Shown here: positions 24,745 to 33,758 of the stretch, one piece after another
How the letters are laid out: the number at the start of each line of letters is the position of its first letter
Position numbering within the stretch: position 1 is the stretch's first letter
From: Ruditapes philippinarum
Taxonomy: Eukaryota
Reading direction: 5' to 3'
Assembly (NCBI RefSeq): GCF_026571515.1
Contig: NW_026852108.1
Coordinates: 1 to 64,000, forward strand
Length of the DNA stretch: 64,000 nt
Position numbers and translations under genes: made by a program
Notes under the pieces: generated by a model
Told to the model about the DNA's origin: nothing
Database searches by the model: none
Seen by the model: the letters and a program-made list of their open reading frames with translations, nothing else

Positions 24745-26364
24745 ATGCGAGTGACGTTTTGGTTATTGGCTTTGTGCCAAATTCTCTTCTTTACAAATGG
24801 CGCAAATACGGCTTCCACAACTGACACTTTTTCCAAACAAGTGCACGACTTCCAGACAGAACTTCAACAGTTTACGTCTTCTGTAAAAACGAGTATAAGT
24901 CGTCTTGCTAGACAAATGATGCTTCAGCAAATGCAAGTGGAAGAGAAAATCCGTGCAGACGGAAGCTCGGGTATCAAACAAATCCGAAACAACGGTGGCG
25001 GATCGAGGCCCTATCACTTTAATACATTCATGTCGCCTGGATCATTTTGTTCCATGCACGAGCATTCCAATTACGACAGAACTGTAGGCTTAGGTGAGTT
25101 TATAGCCGTGTTAAATGGTGTGGAATTCCGTACAAGACATAACGATTATAAACTCAGAATGCCATCTACTAAGACCAAGAATTATCACGTAATGGAAAAT
25201 ATTCCATTTCCGGAGGTCCCACCTTCAGTCCGCAGCAAGCAAAATATCCATGAACAGATTGTTGAGATGCAACAATACTTTAAGGCTTTCAAAGAGCAGG
25301 ACAGCACGATTAGAAATTACGAACCGTATTTCAAACCGACCCTTTGTTATGTGGAGGGCGCTTGGACGACTGATACTCGTCATCTTGACGAACCATTTGA
25401 GAGCGACAGACATTTCATAGATGCATCGAGTTGGTTTGACTTGCAACAAAAGATCCAGTATATGTCTTCAACAGGCGGAAAGAACAACAATGAAAATCTG
25501 TCATACCTTCCAACCGCTATCATCAATGTTACTGCCGATGGCTCGCCTGTTTATGCACAGTGGAATTATAGAATCGTGTGCCATCCGATAAAGAAAAAAC
25601 TGAAACTTGAAGATTTTAAGCCTATCGATGACTTGAATACACATATAGATAATATTCGCAGAAACTTCACTCAGTTGACAACATATAGTAAAAGCTTAAG
25701 ATATAACTTAGCGCCAGAACACGGGTCCAACTACAGTAACCTAACAGGTTCGGGAACATTTGAAGATGGTCACTTTTACTACAATATCATGGATCAACTG
25801 ATGTACGAAATTCCAGGTGTTGATAATTACCCAGGACATTTAAGTGACGATACCTTTGGCGAGCTTAAACACAGAGTGGATACCAACACTCCAACAGTAT
25901 TAAATACCGCTCGTTATCATCGTCACTATAAGATACTTCCAAAGGGCGACAAGGGACTTTCAATGCAAAACAGAGGTTATTCAGACTCTACGCTCTGGGT
26001 TGCGCAAACTACAAACCCAAAGATTGCCGAAATGGAAGCCAAGGATTGCCACGTTGACGTGCATACGCAAAAGCCTGTATGTAGAACATACAAGACCCGG
26101 TCGACATATGCAATTCCTCTTGAGATTGTCTGGCTCACCCCGCTCAGTGCATGGAATCCGTATAACTTAGCAATTCACAAAGACTACAATGCTGTTACTG
26201 CCAATGGTAGAAATGGGGGAAACGATACAGCACATGCTTTTAATGGATCGTCTTTACGTAACTACTATCTAACACCGGCTGAATTCTTTCACGGCGTAGA
26301 AGAAGACCGAGATCCCGCCGATACCGCCAAAGATTCTGTAGGTGTGTTAGATCAGCACGGAAAG
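24745..26364 (+). CDS. Secreted protein B, coding exon 1 (540 codons)
   Basis: Long ORF colinear with exon 1 of protein A, ending VGVLDQHGK. Confidence 0.9.
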
Positions 26365-27741
26365 GTATATCTTAATACATGTATATACAGGTCCCGACAA
26401 ACGTTATTTTTCTAAATTTATAACGTGTTTGTGATAGGCAGAATTTAGAAAATATCATTTTGATATGAAGGTCATCAAAGCAAAATTGTTCTAAACAAAA
26501 TCGCATTTCCATATACTTCCGTTTCTTATTAAGTAGAACAAATGCAAAACGAAACATTTGTTTAGTCTGTACAATGTCAAATGTCTGATGTGCGGTGAAA
26601 TAGCCTACATTATTAACCCAATTAATTTATGCATTATTTTATCTGTCCAAGTCTCTCTTTGGGAAATATCAACAGATATCAATTTTGAGTCCGTTGTTGT
26701 AGAATAATGCACGGTTCGAGTACAGATGCGGAGTCATGTATAATCACGAAGGCTGGTGGGTCGTACATAGCATTTGAACAATGAACCATGCATGATTGTA
26801 CTACAAAGGAAATTGATATGGATTTCCAATCTTCCATGCCTATGAAGAATTCATAAAAAATATTTTGAACTGCATTTAGCGGAGAAGTAATTTTCGTCGT
26901 CGTTGGTTTATTGACGTCAAATATGGCGTCATATTGCGTTTAAACAGTCTTTCTCTTGATCAGTGCATATATCATGTAATAAGACACGCGATTGCTCAGT
27001 CTGTTTGATAAGAAAAACATGTGAACCGTGTTAGAATCTTTGCCAAATCAAATATTTTAGTGATTGATGTAATGATATTGTAGTGACGTAAAAATAATTC
27101 AACAAATTCCTTTTAAAACTTATTATAAGAATTTTGAATCATCAAACATCCCGCTCTAGATGCGATCTTTCTGAGGTTTTGTTTTAGAGTATTAAGCCAA
27201 AAAAGACCGATATTTCGGAATATATAATACACTTTTGTAATTTTTATAGGTGCAGAGAGTTTCTGCCTCCGGCATACGTATTTTTACACCGAAAATAAGC
27301 GGTGTTGGCAAAATAAGACTTAGGTACCCGGTTGCTCCGGCTCACCAAGAGGGAGACGTAACTTGGAAAAATCTCATTGCATTGCAAGACGTTCTGATGG
27401 ATACCATGAAATTTGCTCAGATGTTTGAGCAGAAGCCCGCTACGATGGATCCACTTGCGCATGCGCCCGATACCATCTACCTAATGACGACGACGCACAA
27501 TAATCCACCCGGAATGCATAACCATGAGGTGTATATCACACGTGAAGAAATGATCGCTCTTGAACGAATTGGGACCATGGTTGAAGTCTATACCTCGGAA
27601 AGTAATGGACATCATCATCAGCTTACATTGACTATGGATCCACAACATAGTGATCTCAGCACTTTAAAAGTAGTTGACTGTGACGGAAAATCAACATGCT
27701 GGGACGGCCATAGCATGACCGTTACAAAGAAGAAAGTGTGA
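24745..27741 (+). CDS. Uncharacterised secreted protein B, 703 aa; join of 24745..26364 and 27250..27741
   Basis: ATG 2 nt after a TTTTTAG acceptor; signal peptide MRVTFWLLALCQILFFTNG. Donor AAG|GTATAT at 26364/26365, acceptor TTTATAG|GTG at 27249/27250. Same phase-0 intron position as protein A. Confidence 0.9.
27250..27741 (+). CDS. Secreted protein B, coding exon 2 (163 aa, His-rich C-terminal module)
   Basis: VQRVSASGIRIFTPKISGVGKIRLRYPVAP...HNH...GHHH...CDGKSTCWDGH. Confidence 0.9.
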   Translation: MQRVSASGIRIFTPKISGVGKIRLRYPVAPAHQEGDVTWKNLIALQDVLMDTMKFAQMFEQKPATMDPLAHAPDTIYLMTTTHNNPPGMHNHEVYITREEMIALERIGTMVEVYTSESNGHHHQLTLTMDPQHSDLSTLKVVDCDGKSTCWDGHSMTVTKKKV

Positions 27742-28765
27742 TCATAATTCCTCTCGTGTTGTACTTAACAACAAGAAACATATTAAAATATTTATAACTA
27801 TTCACAATTTTGTTTATATATTTTGTAAGTCTGTTCCGTTTTCGTTACATTCGTAAAAATTACAAACAAAATGTAAAAAAATCATAGGAGGTATTCAATT
27901 TAGACGGCAAACGAGTATACAAACTTTAAAAGACCTAATATAGTAAATCACACAGACGCGCACGCCCGCACGCTTGCGCACAAAACACCATTTTTTACAC
28001 GTAGCACAAGTTGTTGCTCTAAGCTAAACCCAAATTATTTATTTATGATTGACACTTGATGTGAGTTGTTGTATCAGTGTTCAATAAGTAATAAAGAAAC
28101 ATTTATCAAATAGAGAAAACGGAATCACTAAAGAACGTCCAAGACGCAGGCTCGGTTAAAATGAGCCGGTTCATAGACGGTACCGATAGGGCAAGTTACC
28201 CTCTACGTCCCCTGTCAACGACTCAAGGACAATTCAACATTTAAACATAAAAATGGTGAAATTTTGAGTTTACAAATATCCATACGGTGGTTATCATGGA
28301 ACCTAATCAATGTTAGACGTGAGTGTCTTTCCATGAAAAACATTGGACACAAAGGCGTTTGACAGCATTCTACATTATTCAAATAATAAAACAACATTAC
28401 CAAGCACAGCAAAATTATAAAGTACCCAGATTAGGTGGAAAATCGTCCTATTCCTTTCTAACATGCAAATTAAGAACATAAAATGATTGTTTTATGATCA
28501 TTTAAACCATCTAGTTTTTAAAAACAACAAACAAAAGGCAAACAGTAAGAGATGAGATAATGCTGGAAGAATTTATCTTCTGTTGATGTTGATACCCGTG
28601 TTCTTTTTCGATGGGATATAAAGTTAATCTAGCAAATAATCATGAGAGTTTTATGTTCTATCTATCTCCTAGTAATGCCAACCCCCTTGTGGGAACACAT
28701 ATAATATTAGAAATCTTACTTTTTTCTCTAAAAAATGATGTTTGCTGTATTATAAATTCGTTATA

Positions 28766-28907
28766 AAGATTTTTGACAGGTTATACGGCCGTACAATGTA
28801 TATAAACGGCTGTTTGCAATATAACCCTCGCCTAGCGGCTCGGGTTATATTTACAAACAGCCGTTTATATAGGGCCATAATTATACTAGTAACCTGTCAA
28901 CAATCTT
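28766..28907. repeat. Hairpin element with GC-rich loop
   Basis: TATATAAACGGCTGTTTG..AATATAACCC / GGGTTATATT..CAAACAGCCGTTTATATA around the loop TCGCCTAGCGGCTC; outer pair TTGACAGGTTA/TAACCTGTCAA. Confidence 0.75.
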
Positions 28908-29015
28908 AATCACTAATTATATAAATGTCACGATAATCCAATGAAAAGTGACGTTCCAAACGTGCAGTATTATAATAAACTATATCATTGCGATTATTCA
29001 ATTGAAAAATATGAT

Positions 29016-31320
29016 AAACAAGATCAACAATGAAAGGCGGCGTTCAATGAACGCAACCCCCATATGACCCAGCAACAAGAACCAATGGCAAGGAGCCCAG
29101 ACGGACCCAAACAAAACCAGGACAGGGCAAAGTACGGACAGGTTAATCATTAAATGATAAATAATTTGTAACTGATTAGGAATTCAAAGAAAAGAATAAT
29201 AGGTCAACAAAGGGGAAGGGGACACGAGACCAGGGGAAGGGGGGTTAATCAAAAAAATAAAAACTAGAGGCAATTGGGAAGATACTTACTGTAAACGAGA
29301 AAACAACAAGGGACACAAGCAAAAGTGTCAGAAGAACAGTATGAAACAACATAGACATACATCTGAGGAACAAAGATGGGCACCACCTTGGAACGGTCAG
29401 CAGCATAATAATGACTGCTGGGGAGTTTAAACCGGTTAATGGTGCACCAAACCTCGCTCTTAGCCCCACCATGTTCTTATAAACGAGACAGTGTAAATAA
29501 AATGAATCCCCGCCAAGTGAAATTCTAACAGATGTCATGGTTACAAAAGGTTAAATAAGTAAAACACTAAAATGATCATGTAGAAACATATAAAAGTAAA
29601 CCCAATGACCATAACAAAAGTACTCAATGTCCTAAAGGAAGACAGAGCAACAAGAAAATCACCTAGCTACAAGGGCCCGACGAAACAAGGCAGGCGACGA
29701 ACATTAAGACAATTCAGTCCCAAAGGGCTTTACGAACTTTCCATCATAGAGTCTCCCACGTGGTCCGTCAGATGTAATCAAAAAAGGAAAGCGTAGTGTC
29801 CAACTGTAAAAGGGTTGAACACTAAACATGCAGTATGTCTTAAAATAGTTGGGTCATAACCTCTTTTAATAAAACGTTTAATGATTTTAGTGAAAACAGT
29901 GCTCAGAAAGATTACCATGACCCAAAATCTTACGAAGTTTGTAAATCACATCGCCATAAAAAAAACAGGCTGGCTAATCCCTTGTCGCAGAAGAGTTTTT
30001 AAATCACTATTGAATTTAGAAATTAAATCAAAGTTACGATTGTAAAATTTAGTAAAATATTTCCGTAATTTATGATAGCGGTAGCCCTGTTTAGGTCCTT
30101 GCTGGTAATAAAAATATCCCCCTCGTTGAAATCTTTTACGTTGCTACAAGCTCTAGCGAATCTAATTAACTGAGAAACATAAACCCCGTAAGATATTGCA
30201 TGGGGTACGTCTCCATCTAAATGTGGATAATTAACTATACAAAGGTCAAAGTCATCTCTTTTATCATAGAATTTCGTGTGAATAGAATTGTTGTTGATAG
30301 TAATATGAAGATCCAAAAATGATGTACTAAAATTTCAAGAGTTCGTTTTATTCGTTGTAGTTCATGCGGATAAATGTCAGACACCATTTGATCAAAATAA
30401 GGATTATCTAAATTAAATATATCATCAAGGTATCTGGAAGTATTAAATGCGACAATAACATCTTGTTGTTTATCTTCAGAGAGACTCAACATAGCCGTAC
30501 AAAAACAAATCGGCGACCAGGGGTGCACAATTAGTACCCATAGGATTTCCTATGATCTGTTTTAAAAGGGAACCTGGTATTACCAAACCTGACATAAATG
30601 TTGTCTAAAAGAAAAGAGAGTGCTCTACAAACTTCGTCACAGGTCCACATAGTATAATGTTTAACAATACCGTTAGTAAAAAAACTTTGTTAGAATTACA
30701 TGCTAGAAAGGTAACTTTTTCCCGTGCAAAAGTTTTCTGAATTAGGGAAATTAGTTTATCATTGATTGATTTATGTGGCAAAGTTGTATAAAGTGTGGAA
30801 AAATCGTATGTACTGACAGTTGAAGCTTGAGAGTTCTTAATTTTGAATTCATCCAAGATTTCACCAGAATTTTTAATTGACCAAAAGAGATGTTTGTCTG
30901 TGTTTTCATGGACTTTATCACAATATCTAATTACATGTGTTTTAATGGTAGTCAAACAAGACGTCAATAAAATAGAAAGTTTACTTGTAGTGCAAGATGT
31001 AGAATTAGCAATGAATCTGGCTTTGTAAGGTTTTTTTATGTAATTTAGGAATCCAGTACATAATAAGAAGTTTGAGTTCTTTTTCATTAATTTGGACTTT
31101 AAGATTGGAAATATTAGTACATGTAATATGATTGTTTACAATGTCTTTTTCGGAGGCAGAGGTTTTAGAATAGGCATTAGTACTATTTAGTTCCTGATGC
31201 AAAACTTTAATGTAACGGATTCGTCATACATTTATAATATTATCAGCCGCCTTGTCCGCTGGCACTAACACAAATTTTGAATGAAAAGCTAGAATATCTT
31301 TTTTCAGATGTCTTAAAGTA
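29016..31320 (-). mobile_element. Decayed Penelope-like retroelement (frameshifted reverse transcriptase plus 3' flank)
   Basis: Minus-strand fragments in changing frames: VPADKAADN, YWIPKLHK, KPYKARFIA, TYDFSTLYTTLPH, GNPMGTNCAP, RYLDDIF, FYDKRDDF...YGVYVSQLIRFARACS. Several frameshifts. Outer limits approximate. Confidence 0.8.
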
Positions 31321-31542
31321 AGTCTTGGTTTAGGTGGCAAAAGATGTTCATTTCCATGATAAGAATTGATACGTGAATCAATAATTTTAAAGATAATACG
31401 TTTCCATATAACTGAAAGCCAGTTTCAATGTGTAAACGTACAGTTTTACAAAGCCTCTTGTCCATTACAGAAATATAACAAACAGGGCACCAATGACCAA
31501 AATTTACATAAAAGCACAGTACCGATATCATTTACATGTATG

Positions 31543-31590
31543 TGTGTGTGGGGGGGGGGGTGCGTGCGTGCGTGCGTTCGTGCGTGTGTG
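31543..31590. repeat. Compound microsatellite (TG)n-polyG-(TGCG)n
   Basis: Read directly from the sequence. Confidence 0.85.
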
Positions 31591-32045
31591 TTTAGTAGAT
31601 ATTTTAAAAAAGTTGATAAGCATACGATATTAACCGTTTTATACGTTCATATGTCAGAAATGAGTCAAGAAAGGTAGAGGTTTTTGCAGAAAAATAAATT
31701 CTTTCGACTATCAATGAAGAGACAAATCATTTGCAATTTCTAATCAAAGGTCATGCAATAATAACATACTGGAAAAAAAGCTCAATATACACAGGTGTTA
31801 TTCAATCCTTTACACTAAATATATTGCAATCAATGATCTCCAAAGACAAGAAAAATATAACATCACTGAGGTAAAGCACGGGGCAATTTTATGTATATTA
31901 ATGCACAAACGGGTACCTATGACAGGCCTTCTCCAATCCTTCTCGAGAGAAAATTACCATTAAGCTCAATATCCGAGATCAACTATCAAGGAGAAAGTTC
32001 GCCTTGTCCGATGATCAGATCAACGAATCCTGAATTAAATATTAT

Positions 32046-32992
32046 ATAAATAACACATGGGTTTGTGGGTAACAGTAAAAATATCATCCCGAGGAAAATA
32101 CTGTTACCCGAGACGTAGCCGAGGGTAACAGTATTTTTACAAGGGATGATATTTTTACTGTTACTCACAAACCCATGTGTTATTTATTTTATTACCCCGA
32201 ACAAAAATACTGTGATGATCTGAAATTGTCAATTAAATCTTACTGTAGCAAAAATAAACCAAGAGTAACAATAACTAAACAGAATTGTCCTTACCTTTTA
32301 TGTTTTTAAGTGTACCAACTTGAGAAGTTTTCTTTTTCTTTTAATCTTTAATCAAGTGATGATATCTACAAATCATAAACATACAATACGCTAAGTTTTA
32401 TTTAGAACACAAAACACTAACCCATTTACACGGTTATGATCTATGAAATCTGATCCTTCTGTTTCCAGAATATTCTTAGCATGGTTTTTGACAAATAAAG
32501 ATGATATCCTATGTCTGTCCACCATATCTGTAACGTTTCACTGATTAAAATTGTTAAATAATCCTTTGTTGCATGCTTAAATCGACTGCATGTTCCAGTT
32601 TGATACATAATTATTTACAATGCAATTACTTCCGTTGAAAACGGATGTTCACTTTTTGACTATTCAACAAAAAGATATTTTATACGCGAAAAGCACACCA
32701 CAGTGCGAATAACTAAATTGTATGAGTGTCATAGTTACTCCATAGAGGAAATTGATGTCCTTTCCGGGTTTAACGTCGAAAATAAGAATAAATCGAGGAA
32801 AAAATGGCGGCCATTTTATTTCATTTTATTTAGAAAATAGACCACGTGACAAGATTTTTACTGTTATAAATACTGTTACCTATGTAACAGTACAAAATTT
32901 TTAGTCACGTGGTGCACTTGCATTAACAGTAAAAATAACTCTCAGAGGCCTATAGGAAATTACCATTGCGAAAAAAAGTGAGGGGTAATAAT
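32046..32992. mobile_element. Non-autonomous element headed by a ~140-bp hairpin (Crypton-like architecture, family uncertain)
   Basis: Arms of ~64 bp at 32046-32187 around the loop CGAGACGTAGCCGA; TTATTACCCC (32189) pairs with GGGGTAATAA (32982); second hairpin ACCACGTGAC..GTCACGTGGT at 32841-32913. Confidence 0.6.
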
Positions 32993-33199
32993 ATAGGATA
33001 GTCCTTATAGGTCTTTTTCTTGTGAATATCAAACTCCCGCAATTCAATTATGGGGCCTATGTGTGATGCTGGTAAAAATATTCACAAACTGTGTACGTAA
33101 TATGATCGATGAATTAGTTTGTTAATATTGAGACCAGTTGAGGCACCGTTGCAACTGATTTGAGTGCTACTACTGTGAATAATGTGTGTTTATTGGGTG

Positions 33200-33330
33200 A
33201 TATCATGCTCTTGAAATTGACAGATTGTTCTCGGGTAAAATGAATATTTGAACAAATCTTTAGTTGTGGCAATATTTTTTTGTATATGGCCAACTTGCTC
33301 TTGTTTTGTTATCAGATGGTATAAGTAAAT
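33200..33330 (-). mobile_element. Small 3' fragment of a CR1/L2-type LINE ORF2
   Basis: The translation TKDLFKYSFYPRTI resembles the C-terminal YKxSFFPRTI motif of these elements. Confidence 0.4.
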
Positions 33331-33599
33331 TTTAAAGATAAATAGCAATATGGTGGTGAATAATTTAAAAGAACATTTTAAAAAAATCAATTATAATCAT
33401 TAAATTATGTTTTAAATGTCATGGATCAGATATTTTAGATTCTACCACCAATCTCACTATTATGGCTCATTCTTTTAATAGTTTTCTTTCAAATGAACAT
33501 GATTTTATGTTTATTTGTTGTGGAGTGTCAAAGTTATTAAGAAGAAGGAAACTGTATAGTAGTGTTCAACCGTAAGAATAGCCAGGAGACGCCGGTCAG

Positions 33600-33614
33600 T
33601 TTCCGGTTGACGTG
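33600..33614 (+). promoter_or_regulatory. ETS-like (TTCCGG) and CREB3/XBP1-like (TGACGTG) motifs next to the SEC23IP start codon
   Basis: TTTCCGGTTGACGTGTAATG; motif match only. Confidence 0.3.
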
Positions 33615-33616
33615 TA

Positions 33617-33758
33617 ATGGCCGACAAACAGAAAAAAGAAACAACACCGCCGCCTTTGCTGCTTATGCCGGCTGGTGGTGGTCTAACTCTTACTCCACCT
33701 GACCAGCCAAGTCTTTATATGCCGGTCGTACAATCTGAACCCACTCTCTTTGGTGCAG
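33617..33758 (+). CDS. SEC23IP: SEC23IP exon 1
   Basis: [18 protein letters not shown]...PTLFGA; donor CAG|GTGTGT, phase 1. Confidence 0.8.
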
